A stretch of DNA of 64,000 nucleotides from Octopus sinensis (GCF_006345805.1 NC_043007.1:19468001-19532000); one strand, 5' to 3'; shown: positions 26,860-39,835, counted from the stretch's first letter. Numbers and translations are program-made. Notes: generated by a model not told the origin, from the sequence alone.

Positions 26860-27372
26860 GTATCTTTGTGTGTGTGTGTGTGTCTTTGTGTGTGTGTATG
26901 TCTTTGTGTGTGTGTGTGTGTGTGTCTTTGTGTGTGTGCGTGTGTCTTTGTGTGGTGTGTGTGTGTCTTTGTGTGTGTGTGTCTTTGTGTGGTGTGTGTG
27001 TGTGTGCGTGTGTGTGCGTGTGTCTTTGTGTGTGTGTGTGTGTGTCTTTGTGTGTGTGCGTGTGTCTTTGTGTGTGTGTGTGTGTGTCTTGTGTGTGTGT
27101 GTCTTGTGTGTGTGTGTGTGTCTTTGTGTGTGTGTGTGTTTGTGTCTTTGTGTATGTGCGTGTATCTTTGTATGTGTGCGTGTATCTTTGTATGTGTGCG
27201 TGTATCTTTGTGTGTCTGTGTGTGTGTGAGTGTCTGTGTGTGTGTGTGTGTTTGTCTTTGTGTGTGTATGTGTCTTTCTATGTGTGTGTGTGTGTGTCTT
27301 TGTGTTGTGTGTGTGTGTGGTGTGTGTGTGTCTTTGTGTGTGTGTCTCTGTGTGTGTGTGTGTGTGTGTCTT

Positions 27373-27399
<27 letters not shown>
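26860..27399. repeat. (TG)n compound microsatellite with periodic TCTT interruptions
   Basis: Direct inspection. Confidence 0.95.
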
Positions 27400-27403
<4 letters not shown>

Positions 27404-27488
27404 GATGAGCAGTGAGCTTCTTCACATCCTTTGTATGTTTTTCCTGTATTCTGTGAGTTCCTTCATTGTTCTCCTGTGTCACATTTTC

Positions 27489-27519
<31 letters not shown>

Positions 27520-28123
27520 TTGCATATAACTGTATATTAATAGAACAACCACATAAGTCATGTATGTATACAGCTTACCTACTTTCAGATTTCATAAAGC
27601 TAAAAAGCCTATGTGATAGATAGCCGTGATTGTGTGTGTGAGTGTTTGTTTATATTAGGCTGGGTGAGGAATTTAACAACGTTCGCTTGCAAGGTCTTTG
27701 GCTTTTTACCTTTGAAGGAAGTCTTTATGTCTTTCAGAATGAACTAAATGTGAAGAAAGCCTCTTGACGGTGGCGGTGGCGTGTGGGTGGCAAGAACGAA
27801 AGAACTTAGTCCAAAGATGGTATCTGGTGATGCAAAATTAATGATAATCAGCATACGTTGTTGTCAATATGTATGTGTGTGAGTGTGAGTGTGCACACAT
27901 ACATACACACATACATACATACATACATACATACATGCACACAGACGGATGGATGTATGGATGAATGGAAAGGTTTTGTTTCATGACTCCTTGGCTCTGA
28001 GTCTGATTCTTCTGTGAAGCACCTTGGTCAAGTGTTTTTTATTCTTGCTTCAGATTACCAATGTCCTGTGAGTAGACGGATACTACAGGAAACCCATCAT
28101 GTGTGTGTATATGTATATGTATG

Positions 28124-28160
<37 letters not shown>

Positions 28161-28164
<4 letters not shown>

Positions 28165-28647
28165 TCATCATCGTTTAATGTCCGTTTTCCATGCTAGCAT
28201 GGGTTGGATGGTTCAACTGGGGTCTGGGGAGCCAGGAGGCTGCACCAGGCCCAGTTTGATCTGGCAGTGTTTCTACAGCTGGATGCCCTTCCTAAAGCCA
28301 ACCACTCCGGAAGTATACTGGGTGCTTTTTATGTGCCACCTGCACAGGTGCCATTCGAGCGTGATCGTTACCAGCGTCACCTTACTGGCACCTGTGCCGG
28401 TGGCATGTGTAAACAGATTCGAGCGAGGTCATTGCCAGTACCACCTGACTGGCCCCCGTGCCGGTGGTATGTAAAAGCACCCACTACACTCTCGGAGTGG
28501 TTGGCGTTAGGAAGGGCATCAAGCTGTAGAAACTCTGCCAGATCAAGATTGGAGCCTGGTGCAGCCATCTGATTTGCCAGCCCTCAGTCAAATCGTCCAA
28601 TTCATGCTAGCTTGGAAAGCGGACATTAAACGATGATGATGATGATG
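28161..28647. mobile_element. Two family-C tails in inverted orientation (~180-bp arms)
   Basis: (CAT)n-CGTTTAATGTCCG... on the left and ...CGGACATTAAACG-(ATG)n on the right. Confidence 0.8.
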
Positions 28648-28849
28648 AATGAATAATTATCATTCAAATGTTTTGCTTCATACTTGTATGAACATCTTAC
28701 CTAAAGCTAATTGACTTCCTAATTAATTATGATAAAACTGTTTCGGTTTGTTTCACATCTTGATCTATCAGTCTGATGCTAGTGTAGTTTCTTCATTCTC
28801 GAACATTTTCTCTGTCCTTCTAGCAGCTGATGGTGACACAACCAATTCG

Positions 28850-29050
28850 GCTTTTCAGAATGACCCCTTCCTGTATCACCTGATTGACTATATGAGTGAC
28901 TATCTTCTATGGCCCTATTTTGCCAGATATTTTCAGTATCACAGGGACTAACCTCAATGGTCCAGCTGCTTTCCCTGCCTTCATATCTTTCATGGATGCT
29001 CTGACCACATAATTACCAATTTCAACTGCTGGTCACTCTGTATGCCACTG
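28850..29050 (-). mobile_element. RTE LINE reverse-transcriptase N-terminal remnant
   Basis: Minus-strand translation MKDMKAGKAAGP...LKISG...VTHIVNQVIQEG matches the K.GKA.GP pre-RT motif. Confidence 0.6.
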
Positions 29051-29407
29051 ACTCTCAACCTGGGTCCAGATGACCCCTGGGGATCCTTTTTTTATTCAAT
29101 TAGTTATATGTCAACAATACAGAAAATATTCAAACACTATTTTCATACAATCTCTAATAATATATATTTGATTATGAAACAGGATTATAACAGGATTTTA
29201 TTTAATCATCAAATGAGGGTCCACTTGAGTGAAATAGGAAGTAAAGAGGACCATAGATAATAAATGCGTATGTGTGTGCTTGTGTGTGTTGGTGGGGGGG
29301 GGGGCAAGGCAGTTAAGTGATCTGCTTGATTTTCTGACAAAATGCCAGGTTATTAGCATTACAGAACTTCAATAACCTTGATTTTTCTGCTTTCTATGAA
29401 TGATACC

Positions 29408-29642
29408 TATTTCTTTACTACCCACAAGGGGCTAAACAAAGAGAGGGCAAACAAGGACAGACAAACGGATTAAGTCGATTATATCGATCCCAGCGCATAA
29501 CTGGTACTTATTTAATCGACCCCGAAAGGATGAAAGGCAAAATTGCCCTCGGCAGAATTTGAACTCAGAACGTAATGGCAGACAAAATACCGCTAAGCAT
29601 TTCGCCTGGTGTGCTAACGTTTCTGCCAGCTTGCCGCCCTCA
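29408..29642 (-). mobile_element. SINE family B, full copy with TSD
   Basis: Flanked by TTTCTATGAATGAT(A/G)CC direct repeats; carries the GCCTTTCATCCTTTCGGGGTCGAT central domain (resembles the MetaSINE domain, from memory). Confidence 0.85.
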
Positions 29643-29951
29643 TTTCTATGAATGATGCCAACAGCCACCATATACATCAGACTGGTCATCCTGAGGTTTC
29701 CCAATTTGTTTTAAAAAGCCACATGCTGTGATTCAAAGGTCACTGTTATCTGTTTTCAATGCAGTCAAACAAGAGGGCCTTAAAGAAACAGTCCTTTTGT
29801 TGATCTGTCCTAACTGTCATCAGGTTGATCTCAAAGGTCTTCTGTGAGGCTTTGAGCGTATCCTAGAAGTACTTCAAGAATATTGTATACTGTGCTCAGG
29901 TGCACAACAATTATTCAGAAAAAATAGCCAAGACTGCAAAAGTACATAGAA

Positions 29952-30503
29952 TAATGCAGTAAAGATTGTTTGCCAACATAACATAGCAGTTCTGGTTTAG
30001 GACGAATGTTGCTGTAATTTAGCCCCAGGAGACATTGTCTCCAGCTGGCTATTTGACATGGTGTGTCCTTATATATTCGAACAAGGGCATTTAGCACTCC
30101 CACTCAGCTCAAAACAATATCTGTGTATCATTGTGAGATTTAAAAATAGTAATGTTCTAATTTATAAATCAGTAACTAGTTGTCACTTTGAAAACTATAT
30201 ATTTCGAATGGGAATTTGGCAGTGCCACGTCTAGCTGAACAATTATTCTGTGCTGATGAAGGAAAATAACCCTGAAATTGCAATACACAGATATTGTTTT
30301 GAGCTGAGGGGAGTGCTAGATTCCCTTGTTCGAAAATGTAAGGACACAGATCATGTCATATAGTCAGTTGGAGACTGTCTCCCGGGGCTAAATTACAGCA
30401 ATATTCATCCTAAAACAGGACTACCATGTTATGTTGGCAAATAGGCTTTACTCCAAAGTACTGTTGCTGAATATCTCTCATTGTGAGATTTACAAATAGT
30501 AAT
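29952..30503 (+). mobile_element. Penelope-type/retrozyme-like element: inverted ~170-bp copy plus a ~350-bp unit with a hammerhead
   Basis: IR arms ~29952-30128 and ~30283-30455; direct repeat CATTGTGAGATTTA(A/C)AAATAGTAAT at 30129 and 30479. Confidence 0.7.
30247..30291 (+). ncRNA. Minimal type-I hammerhead ribozyme motif
   Basis: TCTGTG-CTGATGA-AGG aaaataac CCT-GAAA-TTGCAA-TA-CACAGA; canonical core, 6-bp stem I, palindromic ATTGCAAT stem III, cleavage after 30285. Confidence 0.75.
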
Positions 30504-30514
30504 TTACACAGAAT

Positions 30515-30715
30515 AATGTACATAAAATGATTAGTGGATGGGTTGGGGAAGGAGGATATCGTGTGCTGGGAATTTCGGGAAACATGGAAGTTTTGAAGGA
30601 TGCAGTGTCCCAACAGCTAACAACTGATGTGGGTGGTTTATTCCATGCTTCAGCAACTCTGAGCATGAACAAATGTCTCTGAAAGCCATGGGTGCCATGT
30701 TATTTTTTGATTTTG
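30515..30715 (-). mobile_element. CR1-type LINE 3' end remnant
   Basis: FMLRVAEAWNKPPTSVVSCWDTASFK resembles the F..RV...WN.LP..VV......FK CR1 C-terminal motif. Confidence 0.65.
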
Positions 30716-30721
30716 TAAACC

Positions 30722-31064
30722 ACGCAAGCGCAGCTGTGTGGTAAGAAGTTTGCTTCCCAACCACATGGTTCCGGGTTCTATTCTATCCTCGGGCTGACCA
30801 AAGCCTTTTGAGTGGATTTGGTCGACGGAAACTGTAAGAAGCCTGCCGTATATGCGTTTGCCCCCACCACCGCTTGACAGCTGGTGTTGCTGAGTTTATG
30901 CCCCCATAACTTAGCGGTTCGATAAAATAACAGAACGATATAATAAGTATGAAGCTTTAAAAAAAGTAAATAAGTGCTGGGGTTGATTTATTCAACTACA
31001 AATTCTTCAAAGTGGTGCCCCAGCTTGGCCGCAGTCTAATGACTGAAACAAGTAAAAGATAAAA
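30722..31064 (+). mobile_element. SINE family A copy
   Basis: Match to 2954-3338. Confidence 0.8.
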
Positions 31065-31806
31065 GTTGTCCACGGGTGTTAGCTCAGTGTTCTTTTTGTT
31101 GCCTAGCAACTTACTCAGTCACTTTACTAGAGTTGGTAGGATAACAAAAGCAGCCAGTGAACTCTGTCAAGGGTTGACATTAGGAAGGTCATCCAGCTGT
31201 AGAAACCTTGTGAGAGTTGACACTGGATCTTGATGCAGCCCTGCAACTCCTCAGGTTCTGTCAAACCGTCTAACTCATGCCAGCATGGAAAACATGATGG
31301 GAAAAATGATGATGATGTTGATGTGTGTGTTTGAATAACAATATTCCATGGCTTTGCTTGAGTGGAATGTTGTTCTGATGTTGGCATTTCTTTTTGACAT
31401 TCTACCCAGTTGCTCCACACTTTGAATGCCCCATGGAATACAAAACAAAAAAAAATCCCTTGTGGGGTAACCATGTGTCTGCTTTATAGCAAGACACCTA
31501 CTCTTGTATCTCTCATGCTTCAACCTCCAAACACCGGGGTACAAAGCCACCCAGGCCCCACTCTCAAATACTCCCACCCCTTTTGGGTGTTCTTTTCCTG
31601 TTTTGCAAGTTAGTTGGTGAGCTCAGTGGTGCTAGTGGTATGAAAGTAAAAAAAGAAAAGTATTCAGTACACAATGGTTGGTATTAAGAAGGGCATCCGG
31701 CCATGCACATCCTGCCGAAGCAGACACTGGAGCTCAACACAGACCCGTGCTTGACCAGGTCTTGTCAAATTGATCAAACCATTCCAGAATGGAACAGGGA
31801 CGTTAA

Positions 31807-32062
31807 ATGACGATGATGATGATGATGACGATGATGACAACGATGGTGATGACGATGATGGTGGTGATGACGATGATGGTGGTGATGTTGATGGTGGTGA
31901 TGGTAATGATGATAGTGATGGTGGTGATGATGGTGGTGATGATGGTGATAATGATGGTGATGATGATGGTGGTGATGATAGTGGTGATGATGATGGTGAT
32001 GACGATGGTGATGATGATTATGATGATAATGATAACGAGGATGATGATGACAATGACGATGA
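31807..32062. repeat. (GAT/GGT)n trinucleotide tract
   Basis: Direct inspection; extends a family-C tail. Confidence 0.9.
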
Positions 32063-32140
32063 TAGAGACGTCACGGATGTTGCATAGATGAATAGTTGAG
32101 GGGTGCGCGCGTGTGTGTATGAGAGTATGAGTGCATACAA

Positions 32141-32179
<39 letters not shown>

Positions 32180-32431
32180 CTAAGTATACGCAACAGGTGA
32201 GTACGATAAGTTAAAAGGTAACCTCTCACCCCCCACACACACACATCAGTTCCAATCTGTTGAAGACTTCCTTTCTTCCCGACCGGAGTGTTAATAACAG
32301 TGGAAAACGCATGAACGCCACCACACTTCCAATATAAATGATTATGAAATGCCAAAGTCTTCATAAGAAATAAAAATACATCAACTCATATTGCTAATAA
32401 CCTTATATATAGTTATATATATATATGCCCA

Positions 32432-32680
32432 AGAGCATATGGCGTAGTGGTTAAGAGCGCGGGCTACTAACCCCAAGATTCCGAGTTCGATTCCAGGCAG
32501 TGACTTTAATAATAATAATAATCATAATGATAATAATGAAAAATACCTTAGGAATGAGAATCCAGGTTCTAAATTTCCCCCAAGACACCTGATGAAGGCT
32601 AAGGGTATATCAGCCGAAACGTTGTGTTAACAACAAACAAGATGAGGACAAATATCCGTCAAATGTAAATAATGTAAATA
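32432..32680 (+). mobile_element. tRNA-derived SINE-like element with a 3' hammerhead motif
   Basis: A box TGGCGTAGTGG (32440-32450), B box GAGTTCGATTCC (32483-32494), (AAT)n linker, hammerhead 32584-32628, AATGTAAAT repeat tail. Confidence 0.7.
32584..32628 (+). ncRNA. Minimal type-I hammerhead ribozyme motif (extra A after A9)
   Basis: GACAC-CTGATGA-A-GGCT aagggtatatc AGCC-GAAA-CG-TT-GTGTT; loopless palindromic ACGT stem III, GUU triplet. Confidence 0.7.
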
Positions 32681-32691
32681 ACCCTGCATAT

Positions 32692-33915
32692 CTTTTATCT
32701 TTTACTTGTTCCAGTCATTAGACTGCGGCCATGCTGGGGCAGTGTCTTAAAGAAATTTAGTGGAATATATCGGCCACAGTTTTTAATTTTTTAAAGCCTT
32801 CTACTATTCAATCGGTCGTTTTTGCCGAACCGCTAAGTTACGGGTCGTAAACACACCAGTACCGGTTATCAAGCGGGGGATGGGACGTGGGATACACACA
32901 TGACGGGCTTCTTTCAGTTTCCGTCTACCAAATCCACTCACAAGGCTTTGGTCGGCTCGAAGCTATAGTAGAAGACACTTACCCAAGGTGCCACGCAGTG
33001 GGACTGAACCCGGAACCATGTGGTTGGGAAGCAAGCTATTTACTACACAGCCACTCCTATATGTGTTTGTGTGTGTGGAGGGGGTTGTTCCTTCGCGCCG
33101 CTCGACAACCGTAACTTAGTCATTCGGCAAAAGACACCGACAGAATAATTACAGGAGTCGATGTGTTCGGCTTAAACCCTTCAAGGCGGTGCTCCAGCAT
33201 GGCCCCGCAGTTCAAGGACTGAAGCGAGTAAAAAGTATTTGGCTGTGTGGTAAGAAGCTTGCTTCACAAGCACATCGTTCTTGGTTCAGTCCCACTGCGT
33301 GACACCTTGGGCAAGTGTTTTCTACCGACGGAAACTGAAAGAAACCCGACGTGGATATGTGTGTGTGTGTGTGTCACCACCGCTTGACAACCGTTGTTCG
33401 TGTGTTTACGTCCCCATAACTTAGCGTTTCAGCAAAGGGGGATTCATTCGACTAAGAATTATTCAGAGCGGTGCCCCAGCATGGCCATAGTCTAATGACT
33501 GAAACACGTTAAAGATACATACGTATACTCTTTTACTTATTTCAGTCATTTGACTGCGGTCAAGCTGGAGCACCGCCATTAATCGAGCAAATCGACCCCA
33601 GTATTATTCTTTGTAAGCCTAGTAATTATTCTATCGGTCTCTTTTGCCGAACCGCTAAGTTACGGGAACGTAAACACACCGCCATCGGTTGTCAAGCGAT
33701 GTTGGAGGGACAAACACAGACACAAACATATACACACATATACATATATACGACGGACTTCTTTTCAGTTTCCATCTACCAAATCCACTCACAAGGCTTT
33801 GGTCGACCCGAGGCTATAGTAGAAGACACTTGCCCAAGGTGCCACACAGTGGGACTGAACCCGCAACCATGTGGTTGGTAAGCAAGCTACTTGCCACACA
33901 GCTACTCCTGCGCCT
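32692..33915. mobile_element. Cluster of four SINE-A copies in mixed orientations
   Basis: ~32692-33058 (-), ~33060-33235 (+), ~33240-33515 (+), ~33527-33915 (-). Confidence 0.8.
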
Positions 33916-34290
33916 ATGTATGTGTACGTGAACAAAGATATCAAGCAACTTTACAAAAGAATATTCTGTACTCTACAATAAATATCATAATACTTTATAC
34001 TCTACAACTGTCGTATCGAGTCTTTTCCCCCCGTATTGTCCGTAAATTGAATCACACACAGCTAAAAAAAAAATATCTCCATTTAATTTAAATATAATTA
34101 TATTACTCCTATTAAATGTGGATGCTTGTATTTATACACCCACCTCTGAAAGTCCTTCTATTTTTATAGCTATATACAAACCTCGAACTACTTCCTACAC
34201 CCTGGATACAGCTAAATATTTATACACCCCACCTACTTTCAAAATGCTCTACACACAGTAAAACAAATCAACATACACAGACTATAATAC

Positions 34291-34332
<42 letters not shown>

Positions 34333-34338
34333 TATGTG

Positions 34339-34388
<50 letters not shown>

Positions 34389-34921
34389 GTGTATGTACAC
34401 ACACATATATATATATGAGCAGTGTTTGACTTTGTCTATCAAAAACGGATTTTTAGCCCAATATTCACATTGCTATTATTCATAGCTTTATCTGCTTCGA
34501 GTTCTACTGCTAAAAACGAATTACATATATATATATAAATGTATGTATGTATGTACACACCCACACATTATCACCCATTTCCTGTTCTTCACAGGGTAGT
34601 TAATTTAATTTTACTATGACCGAAAAATGTGGATGATATAAAGATGGGGAGAGAGAGAGAGAGAGACGAGGGTCTAATATAAGATATTTGGTTAGGAACA
34701 AACACGGAGAAAAAGAGAGAGAGAGAGAAAAAAAGGTTAAGGTCTGCGATCGTTGGTCAAAGTATTTTTGTCCATTTCGTCTCAAGGAGGAAGCTGGAAT
34801 GGCAGATAAATGGTACAAGAATGATAGGAAATCTCTCTTGAAGAAACGACGATCGGTATGAGAAAACCAGTCGGAAGAATACAGTTGAAAAGGTTAAATA
34901 AATTATACATACATAATACAT

Positions 34922-34977
<56 letters not shown>

Positions 34978-35490
34978 CACACACTCGTATACTAAATCAA
35001 AGTATACATAAATATACGAGTCCTTATTTTTCCCTTATGGTTTCTTACGACACAGACACACACATTTATATACACTCATACACGCGCACACGTATATATA
35101 TGTGTATATATATATTGTGTATACACACATAGCTAGATCGCCGTGAGAGAAAATGATTGACATATATTCACGGCATAGAATTTTTCGTGCGACGGGGAAG
35201 CAAGCCGACACGCGGTCATTAAAAACAGTAGCCAAATTCCTTTCAAATCCTTCACTAAGCACGTTCCGAGAGAAGGGCTTACGGATGAATCTAGTCTTAT
35301 ACACACTGTTCCAGAAAAAAAAAGTAAAGAAAAATTAAAGGTATTTGAGATGATCATGGCTGGAACGCCTTTGAAAATATGTCTGTTCAATCACGGTGAG
35401 AGCCTCTTGCTTGTGCAACAAACAGTAACAGACATTTATTAAAAAGGCAAGATCGTCGTTAGAACAAACACACACACACACACACACGTG

Positions 35491-35521
<31 letters not shown>

Positions 35522-35703
35522 TGTGGTGTGTGTGTGTTGTGTGTGTGTGTGTGTCTGTGTGTGTGCTCAGACATACAGACAGACTAGAATCTGGTCGTGG
35601 AAACTCGGTTTCCAGTTGTATCTTATTTAACGAACAGAAGCAAGTGCGTGTGAGAATGCGAGAAGGGAAGAGGTTGTGTGCTTGCAACATACTAGCACAT
35701 GTT

Positions 35704-35752
<49 letters not shown>

Positions 35753-35847
35753 GATGTATAGATATATACACATTTAATACATTATTAGGTGTAACATCAG
35801 AAGCAAGGGTGGATGCGTGTGAGAGAGTGTGTGTGTATGTATATATG

Positions 35848-35908
<61 letters not shown>

Positions 35909-36285
35909 ATGTATATATGTATATTTATACATACATACATACACACATATATATATGTATATGTATAGGACACACGCATACGTTGTGTAGCGAATGTATA
36001 TGTATCGAGAATGACATTTAACGAACAGAAGCAACTGAATGTGTGTGTGTGTGTGTACTGTGAGTGTGTGTAGGCTGATATCGGGTTCAGTAGGAAGTGA
36101 GTGTGTAATGCTATGTGTGTGGTGTGTGTGTATATATATATATATACACACACATATAAATAGCTAGATCTATACATATATATATACACATATAAGTTAG
36201 CTAGTCTATATAATATATATATATATCTATATCTATATATATATATACACACACACACATATAGATAGCTAGATCTATACACACA

Positions 36286-36382
<97 letters not shown>

Positions 36383-36706
36383 GTGTATCGTGTACGGAGG
36401 TACGAGCGGAAGCGAATCTGTGTCTGTATACAAACACTACAATTACTCAGAAGCACACACATACATATACACACACGATATGGAAAAAATTTTCCCCCAA
36501 TGTGAATAAGATTATAATTATATACGCCTTGCACGAAAGATATAAAACTGCAAGTGCGCGCTTGTGTGTGGTATATATGTGCACACAAACGTGTGTATAC
36601 ACAGCAGAACGTATGGCCTGTGTGTATACATATATATGGTGTGTTTGTGTGTGTAGGTAAGTACGTAGAACCAAAGAATGCCTACAAACAGACAGATAGA
36701 TAAGTG

Positions 36707-36738
<32 letters not shown>

Positions 36739-36757
36739 TGTAGGTAGGTAAATAGAT

Positions 36758-36809
<52 letters not shown>

Positions 36810-36844
36810 GAAATAGATAGATAGATTGATATGTAGGTAGGTAA

Positions 36845-36900
<56 letters not shown>

Positions 36901-39561
36901 TTAGATGTGATGGAAGCGTGAAATTGGAAAACAAGGAATTAATTAAGGTATAATAATATATATTCTGTACGGAAGAATTCGCCACAGGTGCAAGAAATTA
37001 CAAACTGTGGAAAGACAGGAAGATATTTTATACCCTGCACACATCCACACAGAAATAAACAATTATATACACAAGTGTGTGTGTGTGTGTGTGTGTATGT
37101 GTTTGTATGTATGCATGTATGTGTGAACTGTGTTGACAGCAGAAAATATAAGGGAAATAACGGTTAACAGATGAATACTAAGGGCCAATGTAATCTAATT
37201 GGTGTTATACGCAATAATTGTCCGGTTAATATAAATGATAATCGGCGAATTGTGTCGGGTGTGTTAGGAAATGGAGGTGGGGGTCACTTGGTGATCGCTT
37301 GGAACGTCGCAGGTGAGGGTGGGGCCGAATGGTTTACCATCATCATCGTCATTAATATCATTATTATAATTAGAAATAATAGTTTTGGGGGTGGGGTGGG
37401 GAACGCATGAACGATACCCAATCCCTTTTTTTTCTTTGCCGGACGAATCCCTACGTCTTGTGCCATACCAAACAATCGTTTATTATTATTGTTGTTGTTG
37501 TTACTGCTTCACTACTACTACTACTACTACTACTACTATTACTGCCGCCGCCGCCACCACCACCACTACCAGTGTACGCAATCCGGTTTCGATACCTTGG
37601 TTGCGAGCCAGTGAGGTAAACTGACATCGCTCAGTGTGTCCTTGAGAAATGCATGAACGTCACGTAATCTCCTTCCCCCGAATTCGTTTTCTTATATAAC
37701 CCCGACGTCGTCTTAAACTGTCATCATCATCATCATCATCATTATCATCATCGTCGTCATCGTGATGATCATCGAAATTATTATTATTATTAGTTCGTTC
37801 GATCTCCGTTTACCGAAGACTTCAAATTCACATTACCAAAATGCCCTTGAAAGAACCCGGAATGAATGTCACCACATCCAGTTTTCTTCTTTGGCAATTC
37901 TCCAGCCCTTCTCACCAATAAGTCTTATTCCAAAGCGTGATTATCATCATTATTCTTACCATTATTATTATTATTACTATTATCATTAAAGAATAATTTA
38001 ACACATTTATGTCTGTATACTACTAATACTAATACTACTACTGAGCTGGCAGAATCGTTTGAGCGCCGGACAAAATACCTTGCGATATATTTCTTCCGGT
38101 TTTTTAGATTCTGAGTTTAGAATCCGCCGGGGTCAAGTTTATCTCATCCCTCTGGAGGTCGATAAAATAAAGTATCACCCAAGAACTGGGGATTATCGAT
38201 GTATTCGACTAAACCCACCTCCGCCCTCTAAAATCGCTGGCCTGGTACGAAAATTCGAAATTAATCATTATTATCATTACTGTTAATTGCTGTTGCTATC
38301 ATTATTATTATTATTATTATTATTATTGTCTATGCCGCTAAACACCTCACGCTAAAGAAGCTTCCTTGGGGGAAAAGAAAAAAGTGTCACAACTATGGCA
38401 TAACTGTTTCCCCGCTTAATTCCAAATTTATACAGTGTTTCTGTGTCTGATAAGAGGGTGTATTTGTTTAATTAGACTTTGAATATTCAATTAAAACGAA
38501 TTTAAATATGTAAAAAAGTGGGGACAACGCAGAAAAGGTTTGATAAACGAGAATAGTTGCAATGATATTTAAGATCGGTGGCCGCCTCAGCGGTGACAGC
38601 ACCACTACATTAAACAAACACACTCCTACAATAAACTATTCCCCACCACCATTTCATACCACAAATATGTGAAGGCTGTATAATACGGTGTATATATATA
38701 TATTTACATATATCTATATTTACATGTAGATATGTTCGTTTGCGTGTGTGTTTGTGTACGTAAACGAAGTCCCCCTTGAATTTATTAGAAAAGAACGTAC
38801 CTTGGTTGTGTTTAAGAGTCCATGTAGAGGGATTTTTTTTGTATATATATATGTATATATATATATGTGTGTGTGGGGTCGGTCACCGCAGTATTGTAGT
38901 CCTGGCAGTCTTGTTGAAGATGGTAAGAGCAGCACTTTGAAGGTAGTGGTGATAGGGTTTGTTAGTGGCAGAGGAGAGACAGATAGAGAGATTGCATTGT
39001 GGTAGTGAAGCCAGTGCGAGGGGGGGATAGGTAGAGAGATAGAGAGTATATAAGTGAGTGAGCGAGTGAGAGAAAGAGAGGGGGAATAGTAAAAGAGGGA
39101 GTGTGTGAGCGTGAGGGTGTGTGCGTGTGCGCTTGTGTAGTAAGTCTAAATGTGCATTTGTGACTAAAAATGTGAAAGAGAGAGAGAAAGAGTAGAACTA
39201 AAATTAAGTCTAAGGGCGAGAGTGAGAGACATAGAGAGAGAGAGAGTGAGAGCCGGAGAAAGAGAGAGACAGACAGAGGGAGGGGGAGTTATTTGTGGTT
39301 TATATATATATCTATAGACAGAGAGAGGGAGAGAGAGGAGAAATTTTGAGAGACAGAGATAGACAGAGAGAGAGAGAAAGAGAGGGGAGAAATTTTGAGA
39401 GACAGAGATAGACAGACAGAGAGAGAGAGAAGGCTTTGGTAAAAGTGGAGATTTTTCGTTCTTTTATTAATAGTATTGGTAGTAGTAGTGGTTGTGGTGG
39501 TATTAGTAATAAATATGGTGGTTGTTGTAGTCGCTGATGTAGTTGTGGTAGAGATGAAAAC

Positions 39562-39592
<31 letters not shown>

Positions 39593-39835
39593 GTGATGAG
39601 AGAGAGAGAAAGAGAGAGAGAGAGGGCAGTGGTAATATTTTTGTAATGATTACGAAGGCTGCTGTTGCTGCTACTACTACTACTACTACTACAACTACTG
39701 CTACTAATACAAGTAGTAGTAGTAGTAGTAGCCGCAGCAGTGGTAATAATTGCTATTATGTTGATAGCAGTAGGAATATCAACAGCAGTAGTTGTTTTGT
39801 TAATGTAACGCTGCTGCTGAAGGCGACAGTGGGGA

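Noticed and set aside
32432-32503. tRNA-Ser(ACT) gene
   Set aside because: A/B boxes and an anticodon arm are present, but there is no proper acceptor stem or long variable arm; treated as a SINE head
38880-38945. miR-8/200-like words (AATACTG, TCTTACC) on the minus strand
   Set aside because: Only seed-length matches and no precursor hairpin
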